A stretch of 64,000 nt of DNA from an uncultured virus (IMG/VR IMGVR_UViG_2663763475_000011) (IMGVR_UViG_2663763475_000011), one strand, 5' to 3'. Positions 1 to 8,919 are shown, counted from the first letter of the stretch. The notes: a model not told the origin generated them from the sequence alone. Translations and numbers: made by a program.

Positions 1-37
1 GTATCGGTTCGGTTCGCCGGGGCGAAGCGCGGCTCCT

Positions 38-652
38 TTAAATTAACGTCATCACCACGATGCCGGTGGGGGAAATCTCGTTCAGCGCGCACTCAAACTC
101 CGCGTCGCCGCCGCTGATTCTGACCCGCCCGCCAGGCAGGCGCGCGAGATTGCGCAGGCTGGCCATGCCCTCGATATCCAGCAGCCATTTGCCGTCCACC
201 ACCGCCTTAAAGCTGCGGTTAACGATGTACTGCTGCTCGCCTTCAATCACCGCCAGCAGATTGCTGTGAGGCGCCACCTTATCCAGGAACAGCTTGCTCT
301 CCAGAGTCACAAAATCGACAGGCGCCAGCTCACCATTTGTTAATTTCACTCGCTCAATATCGGTGAGGCTCTTCATCGGGTGACTTTCGCTGCCTTTTTC
401 CGCCGTCTGCGCCTGCACCGCGCTAGGGGGATTGCCCTGGCCATAGAGGATCCAGTTCAGTTCGGCATCGGTATCAATAAGGCACTGCACCACCAGATCA
501 GCCGGGAAAGCGTCTCTTTTATAACGCATTGCCAGGTTGCTCGAAGAAAGGCCGACATGCTCGGCATACTGCGACTTCTGTTTAAACCCATAGGCCTGAA
601 TCAGCCTGTCGAGGATAGCCCCGCCGCTCCCGTTAAAATTAGTGACTAACAT
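38..652 (-). CDS. cI: 186/HP1-type CI repressor
   Basis: ILDRLIQAYGF HTH, WILYGQG, C-terminal DGKWLLDIEG; homologous to 20151-20741. Confidence 0.9.
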   Translation of the reverse strand: MLVTNFNGSGGAILDRLIQAYGFKQKSQYAEHVGLSSSNLAMRYKRDAFPADLVVQCLIDTDAELNWILYGQGNPPSAVQAQTAEKGSESHPMKSLTDIERVKLTNGELAPVDFVTLESKLFLDKVAPHSNLLAVIEGEQQYIVNRSFKAVVDGKWLLDIEGMASLRNLARLPGGRVRISGGDAEFECALNEISPTGIVVMTLI

Positions 653-755
653 TTTTGAGCTTCCTCTTGTGTTACTAACATATTTGAATTAGCATCACTG
701 CGTTGTGAATGTTATCGCATATAACTGACATTACGTTAACTGGAGATGATGCCCT

Positions 756-974
756 ATGAGGCCTGATATTACAAATGCCATAGCTGCGCTCCTTTTATTA
801 CGGATCGGCGTAAAACGCCCCGTTTCAGCGCTTTTTATTCAGGCAGAGCGCCTCTTGCCTGTGTTTTGCGGCAGGCTCAGCACATCGGCTATAGCGACGC
901 GCGGCATGCAGAGCGCGCCAGCGCGGGCAACAAAAACGCCCTGTTCTTTTTCTGTTAACTTTCAGCCAGCCTGA
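756..974 (+). pseudogene. Probable degenerate cox/apl remnant
   Basis: Divergent from cI; upstream AACTGGAGATGATGCCCTATG resembles apl leader at 20851-20871; no recognisable HTH after the first residues. Confidence 0.4.
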
Positions 975-981
975 TTCACTT

Positions 982-1302
982 ATGATGAATAGCCATTCTG
1001 AACCTGCGGCGGCCATGAGCTTCGATGAGTTCCGCAAAAGCTGGCGGCGAATGCGGAGCGACAGCCGTAATCCGGCGCTGGTCGCCTTTAACCGACAGAG
1101 CGAGGAATTTAAGTTCTGCGTGCTGACGCTGGCGAACCGGGAAAAACCGGGGAGCTTCCGGCTACAGGAGGTCGGCGACGCCTTTGAATCCTTCGATGAG
1201 CCGCGCCGCGCGCTGATTATCGCCGCCATGAACAAACTGGTGCGCTGGGGCAGGCTGCTGCCGCGTCCCTTTTCCGACGCCGACCAGTATCTGTCTGAGT
1301 AA
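982..1302 (+). CDS. P2-like early hypothetical protein (dhr/B slot)
   Basis: Early operon position; C-terminal RRALIIAAMNKL resembles ERAALIRAMNHL of 21822-22163. Confidence 0.65.
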   Translation: MMNSHSEPAAAMSFDEFRKSWRRMRSDSRNPALVAFNRQSEEFKFCVLTLANREKPGSFRLQEVGDAFESFDEPRRALIIAAMNKLVRWGRLLPRPFSDADQYLSE

Positions 1303-1372
1303 CTGACCTTAACCGCAAATCGATGACGTCAACCCGTCGGGCTTCCCTTTGCCCGCATTCAGGAGAGATAAG

Positions 1373-1591
1373 ATGAAATACCCGAATCCTCACGCCGACA
1401 ACGACGCGCTGAACGTTCTGCTAACTGCCGCGCGCTGCGACGAACGCAGAGGCCGCGCGCAGGCGGTCGCCGATCGTCTGGCCGCGATGGCGACGCATAT
1501 CGGCCGCCAGGGACTGAGCGGCGTCGAGGCCGTCGAGCTGCTCCGCTATGAAGCGCAGCGCTACCGCGATGAATCGCAGGAGCTGCGCTAA
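1373..1591 (+). CDS. DUF2732-like early protein
   Basis: Homologous to 22233-22460 and 63626-63856; RBS AGGAG. Confidence 0.8.
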   Translation: MKYPNPHADNDALNVLLTAARCDERRGRAQAVADRLAAMATHIGRQGLSGVEAVELLRYEAQRYRDESQELR

Positions 1592-1815
1592 TGGTCGACA
1601 GCATGGACATTGAGCAGCAGCGTCAGGCGGAGCAGCTGGCGCTCGATATCGCCGCCGTGACGCAGCGGCCAAAAGGCGTCAGCGCCTTCTTCTGCGAGGA
1701 GTGCGACAGCGCGATCCCCGAGGCGCGTCGCCGCGCCATCGGCGGCGTCTCCCGCTGCGTCGCCTGTCAGGAGATTGCCGAGCTGCGTGGCCGTCACTAT
1801 CAGGGCGGCCGGTAA
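1591..1815 (+). CDS. TraR/DksA C4 zinc-finger protein (P2 Orf82-like)
   Basis: CEEC...IPEARR...CVAC. Confidence 0.9.
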   Translation: MVDSMDIEQQRQAEQLALDIAAVTQRPKGVSAFFCEECDSAIPEARRRAIGGVSRCVACQEIAELRGRHYQGGR

Positions 1816-3785
1816 TGCAGCGCGTCTTCTGGCCGTGGAACGCGCCGCGTCAGGCTATCGCCTCGCCATATCCCACGCACGCCGCGATGCAGCAGCGCAG
1901 TCGCGAGCTGGCGGCGTTGTCGCAGGCGTGGAGATCGCTGGAGCAACAGCCGGCGCTGGTGCAGCGCGCTATCAGGCTGCGTCACGGCCAGCTCACGCGC
2001 GAGCGCGGCCCGGCCCGCGCCGCATCTTATTTGACGACCACTTTTGCCGAGCGCCTGCTGCCGCGCGTGGAGCGGGTCAACGCGCAGTATCGGCTCGGCG
2101 CGATGCGTCGCGGCGTGGCCGCGCGGCTGAGCGGCCACGCCGCACAGGAAAAAGGCGCGGCAGAGACGGCAGGCGCGCTGTGGGAGCTGATGCGCCGCTT
2201 TAACCAACTGCCCGATATGGCGCGCGCCGATGTCGATCGGCTGGCGGGCGATATCGCCAGCTTTATCTTTGCTGAGCTGGTGCAGCTGCACGCGCAGAAT
2301 CGCGGCGAATCGGACTGGCGCTACAGCCACAGCCTCTATATGACCGCCGCGCTCCTGACCCGCGAATTCGGCCAGACGCCGCCGCTGTGGCAGAAGGTCA
2401 CCACGCGCCTCTTCGCGCCGGAAGAGGTAACGCCGGCGATTATGCGTATGCAGGGAGAGACGTGGTGGAAAGGGCGGCTGCGCCGCATCGCCGCCGAATG
2501 GCGCGAGCATCTGCAGATTGCGCTGGCGCAGGTCAGCAAAACGCGTTCGCCCTACGCCAGCCGCGCGACCATTGCCGAATGGCGCGATCAGAAGCGCCGC
2601 ACCCGCGACTTTTTACAGAGCATGGAGCTGGAGGACGAAGAGGGCAACCGCATCAGCCTGATCGACAAGCATGACGGCAGCGTCGCCAACCCGGCTATCC
2701 GCCGCTGCGAGCTGATGACGCGTATTCGCGGCTTTGAAACCATCTGCCATGAGATGGGTTACGTCGGCGAGTTCTGCACGCTGACCGCGCCGGCGCGCTA
2801 TCACGCCACGCTCGGCAGCGGCCAGCACAACCCGAAATGGCGCGGCGCCAGCCCGGCTGAGACGCAGCGCTACCTCTGTCAGCTCTGGCAAAAGGTGCGC
2901 GCCAGGCTACACCGCGAGCAGATCCGTCTGTTCGGCATTCGCGTTGCCGAACCCCACCATGACGGCACGCCGCACTGGCATCTGCTGCTGTTTATGCGCC
3001 CCCAACAGGCTGCGCAGGTGCGCCAGATCCTGACGGAGTACGCCTGCCAGCAGGAGAGCGAAGAGCTGACCAGCGAACAAGCGCGCAAGGCGCGCTTTCA
3101 CACCACCGCCATCGATCCGAAGAAGGGCAGCGCCACCGGCTACATCGCGAAATATATCGCCAAAAACATCGACGGCTACGCGCTCGACGGCGAGCGGGAC
3201 AGCGAGAGCGGCGAGCCGCTGCGCGACTGCGCCGCCGCGGTTTCCGCCTGGGCGGGTCGCTGGCATATCCGTCAGTTTCAGTTTGTCGGCGGCGCGCCGG
3301 TGACCGTCTGGCGCGAGCTGCGCCGTCTCACCGACGGCGAGGGGCTGCGCAGAATGAGTGACGAGCTGGCCGAAGCGCGCGCGGCGGCGGACAGCGGCGA
3401 CTGGGCCGCCTATGTCAACGCCCAGGGCGGCCCGTTCGTGCGACGCGATGCGCTGGCGGTGCGCGTCTGGTACCAGCAGGCCGAAGAGCGCAACAGCTGG
3501 GGCGAAGAGATCACGCGCATTAAAGGTGTCTACCTCAGCGCCACGGGCAGCGAGAAACCGCTGCTGACCCGACTGGTTAACTGGAAGCTGGTGCCGAAGC
3601 GTAAAGCGGAGGCTGAAAAGAGCGAGCAGGGCGCATCAGCTTGGAGTTCTGTCATTAACTGTACACGGATATCGCGCCCGCCAGGCGTATTAGCGCGGTT
3701 AAATCATTGGCCTGATCCGGCGGTGAAAAAAAGGACGAAACCGGCTGGCGATGGCGCTTTATACAGCCAAAATACGCCGCCCTGA
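1815..3785 (+). CDS. A: Rolling-circle replication endonuclease gpA (shorter C-terminus than the other two copies)
   Basis: EPHHDGTPHWH HUH motif, GYIAKYIAKNIDG tyrosines; ATG at 1815 overlaps upstream stop. Confidence 0.93.
   Translation: MQRVFWPWNAPRQAIASPYPTHAAMQQRSRELAALSQAWRSLEQQPALVQRAIRLRHGQLTRERGPARAASYLTTTFAERLLPRVERVNAQYRLGAMRRGVAARLSGHAAQEKGAAETAGALWELMRRFNQLPDMARADVDRLAGDIASFIFAELVQLHAQNRGESDWRYSHSLYMTAALLTREFGQTPPLWQKVTTRLFAPEEVTPAIMRMQGETWWKGRLRRIAAEWREHLQIALAQVSKTRSPYASRATIAEWRDQKRRTRDFLQSMELEDEEGNRISLIDKHDGSVANPAIRRCELMTRIRGFETICHEMGYVGEFCTLTAPARYHATLGSGQHNPKWRGASPAETQRYLCQLWQKVRARLHREQIRLFGIRVAEPHHDGTPHWHLLLFMRPQQAAQVRQILTEYACQQESEELTSEQARKARFHTTAIDPKKGSATGYIAKYIAKNIDGYALDGERDSESGEPLRDCAAAVSAWAGRWHIRQFQFVGGAPVTVWRELRRLTDGEGLRRMSDELAEARAAADSGDWAAYVNAQGGPFVRRDALAVRVWYQQAEERNSWGEEITRIKGVYLSATGSEKPLLTRLVNWKLVPKRKAEAEKSEQGASAWSSVINCTRISRPPGVLARLNHWPDPAVKKRTKPAGDGALYSQNTPP
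3640..3664 (+). other. P2-type replication origin inside gene A
   Basis: CTTGGAGTTCTGTCATTAACTGTAC, 2 differences from the copies at 25671 and 60684. Confidence 0.75.
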
Positions 3786-3914
3786 CGCGCTTTTTCCGCC
3801 TTTTTTACTAATTTGGCTTAGGGGTTATCACGCCAAAAAAGTTTCTATATCAATAGCCTAAAGGCAGGTCGTTCAGATCTTAATTTTCTTTATATCAGAT
3901 TGCATGCTGTGCTA

Positions 3915-3930
3915 CTGTATAGATATACAG
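3915..3930. promoter_or_regulatory. LexA (SOS) box
   Basis: CTGTATAGATATACAG fits CTGT-N8-ACAG, upstream of tum-like gene. Confidence 0.88.
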
Positions 3931-3951
3931 TTATAAAATGGGGGAGGGAAA

Positions 3952-4143
3952 GTGGATACTGATTTACAAGAACAGGTAATGCTTGAGCGCGTCGAGCTCA
4001 TTGCACGTCTGACCACTGAAGGAGTTTGCAGGGAACGCGACCGGGAAGTGGCCCTCGCTTTGATCGCCGAGATTGCCGGCGACATGATGATAAAAAACAA
4101 GGAATTTGCCGTTTCGTTCTCCGCGATACCCACCAATAAATAA
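3952..4143 (+). CDS. Tum-like antirepressor
   Basis: After gene A, behind SOS box as for 186 tum; homologous to 26278-26469. Confidence 0.7.
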   Translation: MDTDLQEQVMLERVELIARLTTEGVCRERDREVALALIAEIAGDMMIKNKEFAVSFSAIPTNK

Positions 4144-4252
4144 CAATGCAGGTATAGCGATGAGAGGCGATGGCTCGACGCATAATAAGCGGCAGATCCC
4201 ACACCTTTCCTTTGACGCTCGCGCCGTCTGACGACGGCTGAACGGAAGCAAT

Positions 4253-4281
4253 AACGGCACCCTCGGGTGCCGTTTTTTTTT
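4253..4281 (+). terminator. Rho-independent terminator
   Basis: AACGGCAC-CCTCGG-GTGCCGTT followed by T run. Confidence 0.85.
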
Positions 4282-4296
4282 GCGCCGCGATCTGGC

Positions 4297-4360
4297 TGTT
4301 TGCCCATATCCCAGCGGGCGGGCCGGCGTTGAGCCGTCGCCCCGCAGCGAGGAGACTGGC
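4297..4360 (+). promoter_or_regulatory. Putative Ogr-dependent late promoter homologous to the gene O promoter
   Basis: TGT-N12-CAG...CGTTGAG...GAGACTGGC aligns with 32262-32325. Confidence 0.6.
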
Positions 4361-4498
4361 TATGCCGGATAGCGCGCAAGCGCCGCCGCACTTAACGGCC
4401 CGAACCCGGGTCTGCCGACACCACCTCCAGCGGGGAACAACAACAGTGACGCACCATTTTAGCGTGCCCGTCCGCGGGTCCGATGGGGAGCTATCGCC

Positions 4499-4702
4499 AT
4501 GAATATCTACGCGCTCCAGGGCGATACGGTCGATGAGATCTGCTATCGCTACTACGGCCGCACGCAGCAGGCGGTCGAGCAGGTTTACGCCGCCAATCCT
4601 GGCCTCGCCGAGCGCGGCGTCGTCCTGCCGCACGGCTGTGCGCTGACGCTGCCCGAACTGCCAGACGCAGCCACCGGCGAAACCGTCAATCTGTGGGACT
4701 GA
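4499..4702 (+). CDS. X: Tail protein X
   Basis: QGDTVDEICYRYYGRT...VNLWD. Confidence 0.92.
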   Translation: MNIYALQGDTVDEICYRYYGRTQQAVEQVYAANPGLAERGVVLPHGCALTLPELPDAATGETVNLWD

Positions 4703-4704
4703 AG

Positions 4705-4914
4705 ATGGAGAAAACCAGCTCGCTGATTAACTACCTGGTCAGCCTGTTTCTGATGTGGCTCGGCCGCCACACCATTCAGGATATCGCGTTTCTGGTCGGC
4801 TCCGGCGTGGCGGTCATTACCCTGATCGTCAACGTAGCGACCTTTTTCATCAACTGGCACTACCGCCGCAAAACCTATGAGCTTCAGCGCCGGCGCGCAG
4901 GGAGGCTGTCGTGA
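4705..4914 (+). CDS. Holin (HP1-type)
   Basis: Hydrophobic helix then INWHYRRK; precedes lysozyme. Confidence 0.85.
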   Translation: MEKTSSLINYLVSLFLMWLGRHTIQDIAFLVGSGVAVITLIVNVATFFINWHYRRKTYELQRRRAGRLS

Positions 4915-5420
4915 GCCAGACCGCGAAGCGCTGCGCCGTGGTCGCCGTGCTGGCGATCGCCGCGCTGCTGCCGCAGTTTCAGACCCTGAAAATCTCCTCC
5001 GGCGGTTTGCAGCTGCTGGCCGACGCGGAGGGGTGCCGCACCTCGCCCTATCAGTGCAGCGCCGGCGTCTGGACCAACGGCATCGGCCATACCGCAGGGG
5101 TGACGCCGCAAAGCATCGTCAGCGAGCGCCAGGCGGCGGTCAATCTGGTCGACGACCTGATACGTGTCGAACGCCAGCTCTCTCTCTGCGTGCCGGTGGC
5201 GATGCCGCAGCCGGTCTGGGACGCGCTGGCGAGCTTCGCCTTCAACGTCGGCGCCGGCGCCGCCTGCCGCTCGACCCTGGCCAGCTATCTCAATCAGCAG
5301 CGCTGGCGCGCGGCGTGCGACCAGCTGCCGCGCTGGATCTACGTCAACGGCGTGAAAAGCGCCGGGCTGGCGCAGCGGCGCGAGCGGGAGCGCGCCTGGT
5401 GCCTGCGAGGCGTCCCATGA
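4911..5420 (+). CDS. SAR endolysin (GH24 lysozyme)
   Basis: EGCRTSPYQCSAGVWTNGIGHT, N-terminal hydrophobic anchor. Confidence 0.93.
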   Translation: MSQTAKRCAVVAVLAIAALLPQFQTLKISSGGLQLLADAEGCRTSPYQCSAGVWTNGIGHTAGVTPQSIVSERQAAVNLVDDLIRVERQLSLCVPVAMPQPVWDALASFAFNVGAGAACRSTLASYLNQQRWRAACDQLPRWIYVNGVKSAGLAQRRERERAWCLRGVP

Positions 5421-5866
5421 TGCGCCTCTGTCTTGCGCTGTTGGCGGCGCTGCTGCTGGCGCTCGCCTTCACCGGCTGGCGCGGCGCGCAGGTCGGTGCG
5501 CAGTTACGCGAGGCGCAGCGCGCCAGCGCCGCGCTCTCCGCCGATCTCGCCAGCCGTGACCAAACGATCGCCCGCCTCAATCAGGAGGCGCAGGCGAACA
5601 GCAAACGCGAGGCGGCGCTGCGTCAGCAGCAGAGTCAGGCCAGCCGCCTCGCTCTTAACCGCGAAGTGCAAATAGCGAGGGAAACCGATGCAAACCAGGC
5701 GTTACGCGAGTGGTCTGCTGCCGCTCTGCCTGACGATCTTATCCGGCTGCACAGCCGTCCCGCCTTCGACAACGCCCACGATTATCTGGGCTGGCTGTCC
5801 GCGCGTGAACAGCTGTCCAGTGCCGGGCAACAGCCTGCAGACGCAGGGCGATCTGGCGGCAGATAA
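5417..5866 (+). CDS. lysB: LysB i-spanin
   Basis: N-terminal TM, coiled coil, WSAAALPDDLIRL. Confidence 0.85.
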   Translation: MMRLCLALLAALLLALAFTGWRGAQVGAQLREAQRASAALSADLASRDQTIARLNQEAQANSKREAALRQQQSQASRLALNREVQIARETDANQALREWSAAALPDDLIRLHSRPAFDNAHDYLGWLSAREQLSSAGQQPADAGRSGGR

Positions 5867-6074
5867 CCGCCAGCTAGAGGCTGCGCTCGCGTCTTGCGGG
5901 CTGCAGATTGAAACCATTAAAGCGTGTCAGGAGCAACAGGATGCAGAAACCTCAACAGCTACGCGCGGCGCTGAGCCGCAGCGTGCCGCTGCTACAGCAA
6001 AACCCGGAGCGGCTGACCATGGCGATCGCCGCCGGAACGGTGGTGGCGACCAGCGCGCCGTCGCTCTCTTTTGA
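5688..6074 (+). CDS. lysC: LysC o-spanin lipoprotein
   Basis: LSGC lipobox, GCPRVNSC; overlaps lysB. Confidence 0.8.
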   Translation: MQTRRYASGLLPLCLTILSGCTAVPPSTTPTIIWAGCPRVNSCPVPGNSLQTQGDLAADNRQLEAALASCGLQIETIKACQEQQDAETSTATRGAEPQRAAATAKPGAADHGDRRRNGGGDQRAVALF

Positions 6075-6396
6075 GTATCGCTACCGGCTGGAATTGACCC
6101 TCGTCGACCTGCAGCAGGATATCGAGGCCGTTATCGTGCCGCTGCTCGCCTGGCTGCGCGATAACCAGCCGGAAATGATGGGCAACGCCGAGAAGCGACG
6201 CAGCGATTTTACCTTCGCCGTCGACGCCGCCGGCGCGCTCCGCATCGGCCTGCAGCTGACCGAGCGCGTGCTGGTCACGCAGCAGGATAGCGCGCTGCAG
6301 GTCACCTTTCCCGGCGAGCCGACGCCGCCCGCTAATGACGACGCGCCGCTGCAGCTCTGGGTGCACGGCGCGCTGGTCAGCGAGTGGCAGCGCTAA
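5941..6396 (+). CDS. R: Tail completion protein R
   Basis: KPQQLRAAL, SLSFEYRYRL, LQLTERV. Confidence 0.88.
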   Translation: MQKPQQLRAALSRSVPLLQQNPERLTMAIAAGTVVATSAPSLSFEYRYRLELTLVDLQQDIEAVIVPLLAWLRDNQPEMMGNAEKRRSDFTFAVDAAGALRIGLQLTERVLVTQQDSALQVTFPGEPTPPANDDAPLQLWVHGALVSEWQR

Positions 6397-6399
6397 AGC

Positions 6400-6417
6400 T
6401 GTTCTGTCATCTCTCAG
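6400..6417 (+). promoter_or_regulatory. Putative late activator site of gene V promoter
   Basis: TGT-TCTGTCATCTCT-CAG about 60 bp before V start. Confidence 0.55.
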
Positions 6418-6467
6418 CGGTCGGCGTCGCGTTGCTGGCCGCATGCACCGGAGGTAACACTAGCGAC

Positions 6468-7058
6468 ATGAACGAACATATCAGCGAAATCCTGCGCCTG
6501 CTGCGCAACCTTATCCGCATCGGCACCGTCTCGGCGGTGGATCCGCAGAGCGGGCGCTGCCGCGTACGCAGCGGCGACAATGAAACCGGCTGGCTGCCGT
6601 GGCTCAGCGCCCGCGCCGGACGCTCTCGCGCCTGGAGCGCGCCGTCAATCGGCGAGCAGGTGCTGGTGCTGAGCCTGGGCGGCGAGCTGAATACCGGCTT
6701 TATCCTGCCGGGTATTTTCTCCGACAGCCATCCTGCGCCTTCCGCCTCGGCTGATGCGCTGCACTGGGCGTTTCCCGACGGCGCGGTTATCGAGTATGAG
6801 CCGCAGAACGGCGCGCTCAGGGCGAGCGGCATTCAGACCGCTCGCCTGCAGGCGGCGACCAGCATCCTGCTCGACGCGCCGCTGGTGGAGTGCAGCGCAA
6901 AGCTGAAAACCGCCACGCTGGAGGTGACCGGCGGCGGCACGCTGCAGGGCAACGTGACCCACAGCGGCGGCAGCCTGAGCTCTAACGGCATCGTGGTGGA
7001 CGCCCATCAGCATGGCGGCGTGAAGTCGGGCGGCGATCTTTCTGGAGGACCGCAGTGA
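6468..7058 (+). CDS. V: Baseplate spike V
   Basis: NLIRIGTV, WSAPSIGEQV, C-terminal HQH. Confidence 0.93.
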   Translation: MNEHISEILRLLRNLIRIGTVSAVDPQSGRCRVRSGDNETGWLPWLSARAGRSRAWSAPSIGEQVLVLSLGGELNTGFILPGIFSDSHPAPSASADALHWAFPDGAVIEYEPQNGALRASGIQTARLQAATSILLDAPLVECSAKLKTATLEVTGGGTLQGNVTHSGGSLSSNGIVVDAHQHGGVKSGGDLSGGPQ

Positions 7059-7405
7059 TGGCCGAAAGATATATCGGTATGAACCGCGACAGCGGCGCGG
7101 CGCTGGCGGAGCTGGAGCATATCCGCCAGTCGGTGCGCGATATTTTGACCACGCCGCTCGGCTCCAGAGTCATGCGTCGCCGCTACGGCTCGCTGCTGTC
7201 GGCGCTGATCGACCAGCCGCAAAACCCGGCGCTGCGCCTGCAGATCATGTCCGCCTGTTATATGGCGCTGTTGCAGTGGGAGCCGCGCATTCAGCTGAGC
7301 GCTATCAGCTATGAGGCGTCGTATGACGGCGGCATGACGGTAGAGCTTACCGGCAGCCGCAGCGATACGGCGCAAGCATTTTCCCTGACCATTCCCGTGA
7401 GCTGA
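7058..7405 (+). CDS. W: Baseplate protein W
   Basis: HIRQSVRDILTTPLGSRVMRRRYGS, WEPRI. Confidence 0.93.
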   Translation: MAERYIGMNRDSGAALAELEHIRQSVRDILTTPLGSRVMRRRYGSLLSALIDQPQNPALRLQIMSACYMALLQWEPRIQLSAISYEASYDGGMTVELTGSRSDTAQAFSLTIPVS

Positions 7406-7409
7406 ACCT

Positions 7410-8318
7410 ATGGCAACCATTGACCTGAGCCAGCTGCCTGCGCCCGACGTGGTGGAGGCGCTGGATTATGAAACCCTGCTGGCCGAGCGTAAGGCGACGC
7501 TGATTTCCCTCTATCCGGCCGAGCAGCAGGCGGCGATAACCCGCACGCTGGCGCTGGAGTCGGAGCCGCTGGTGAAGCTGCTGCAGGAGAACGCCTATCG
7601 CGAGCTGATCCTGCGCCAGCGCATCAACGAGGCGGCGAAAGCCAATATGGTCGCCTGGGCGACCGGCGCCGATCTCGACCAGCTGGGCGCCAACAACGGC
7701 GTGACCCGACTGACGCTTAGAGCGGCGGACAACAGCACGCTGCCGCCGACCGCGGCGGTGATGGAGAGCGACGACAACTTCCGCATGCGCATCGCCGCCG
7801 CGTTCGAAGGACTGAGCGTGGCGGGGCCGAGCGGCGCCTACGAGTATCACGGCAAAAGCGCCGATGGACGCATAGCGGACGTTTCCGCCACCAGTCCGGC
7901 GCCGGCGGAGGTGGTGATCACCGTGCTGAGCCGCGAAGGCGACGGCACCGCGCCTGCCGATCTGCTGACCATCGTGGCGAACGCGCTCAACGATGAGGAT
8001 GTGCGTCCGGTGGCCGATCGCGTTCGGGTGCAGGCGGCCGCTATCGTCAGCTATCGCGTCGACGCGACGCTGTTTCTCTATCCTGGCCCGGAAGCGGAGC
8101 CGATCCGCGCCGCCGCCGAAGCGAAGCTGCTCGCCTTTATCAACGCCCAGTCGCGGCTGGGACGCGATATCCGCCAGTCGGCGCTCTACGCCGCGCTGCA
8201 TGTAGAAGGCGTGCAGCGCGTCGAGCTGGCGCAGCCGGCGGCCGATGTGGTGCTGGATAAAACTCAGGCTGCGTACTGCAGCGGCTACAGCATCACTGTA
8301 GGAGGTTCCGATGAGTGA
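7410..8318 (+). CDS. J: Baseplate protein J
   Basis: IDLSQLPAPDVVE, LSVAGP, VRPVADRV. Confidence 0.95.
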   Translation: MATIDLSQLPAPDVVEALDYETLLAERKATLISLYPAEQQAAITRTLALESEPLVKLLQENAYRELILRQRINEAAKANMVAWATGADLDQLGANNGVTRLTLRAADNSTLPPTAAVMESDDNFRMRIAAAFEGLSVAGPSGAYEYHGKSADGRIADVSATSPAPAEVVITVLSREGDGTAPADLLTIVANALNDEDVRPVADRVRVQAAAIVSYRVDATLFLYPGPEAEPIRAAAEAKLLAFINAQSRLGRDIRQSALYAALHVEGVQRVELAQPAADVVLDKTQAAYCSGYSITVGGSDE

Positions 8319-8919
8319 TCGGCTGCTGCCGACCGGCTCTTCGCCGCTTGAGGTCGCCGCCGCCAGGGCGTGCGCCGATATCGAGGCGATGCCGGTGCCG
8401 CTGCGCCAGTTATGGAACGCGCAGACCTGCCCGGTGGCGCTGCTGCCTTATCTCGCCTGGGCCTGGTCGGTTGACCGCTGGGACGCCGGGTGGAACGAGG
8501 CGACCAAACGCAACGTCGTGGCCGCCTCGGAGTACGTGCACCGGCATAAAGGCACCATCGGCTCGCTGCGGCGCATCGTCGAGCCGCTCGGCTATCTGAT
8601 CCGCATTATCGAGTGGTGGAAAACCGGCGACGCGCCGGGCACGTTTCGCCTTGACGTCGGCGTGCTCGATACCGGCATAACCGAGGAGATGTACAACGAG
8701 CTGGAGCGGCTGATCGCCGATGCGAAGCCGTGCAGCCGGCATCTGATCGGCCTTTCTATCAATCTCGATTCAAGCGGAACGCTGCCGGTAGCGGCCGCCA
8801 GCTACAGCGGCGACGAGCTAACGGTTTATCCCTACACCCCTGAAATCATCACCGTGAACGGGCCAGGCTACACCGGCTCAGCGGTACATTTAATTGACCT
8901 GACGGAAGTGCGCACATGA
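8311..8919 (+). CDS. I: Tail protein I
   Basis: LPYLAWAWSVDRWD, HKGT, AKPCSRH. Confidence 0.95.
   Translation: MSDRLLPTGSSPLEVAAARACADIEAMPVPLRQLWNAQTCPVALLPYLAWAWSVDRWDAGWNEATKRNVVAASEYVHRHKGTIGSLRRIVEPLGYLIRIIEWWKTGDAPGTFRLDVGVLDTGITEEMYNELERLIADAKPCSRHLIGLSINLDSSGTLPVAAASYSGDELTVYPYTPEIITVNGPGYTGSAVHLIDLTEVRT

Noticed and set aside
4311..4330. Residual cos in element 1
   Set aside because: CAGCGGGCGGGCCGGCG only loosely resembles cos and aligns better with the O promoter region
4877..5866. 329-aa ORF as one protein
   Set aside because: Only the part from ATG 5417 is LysB; the upstream part overlaps the lysozyme in another frame
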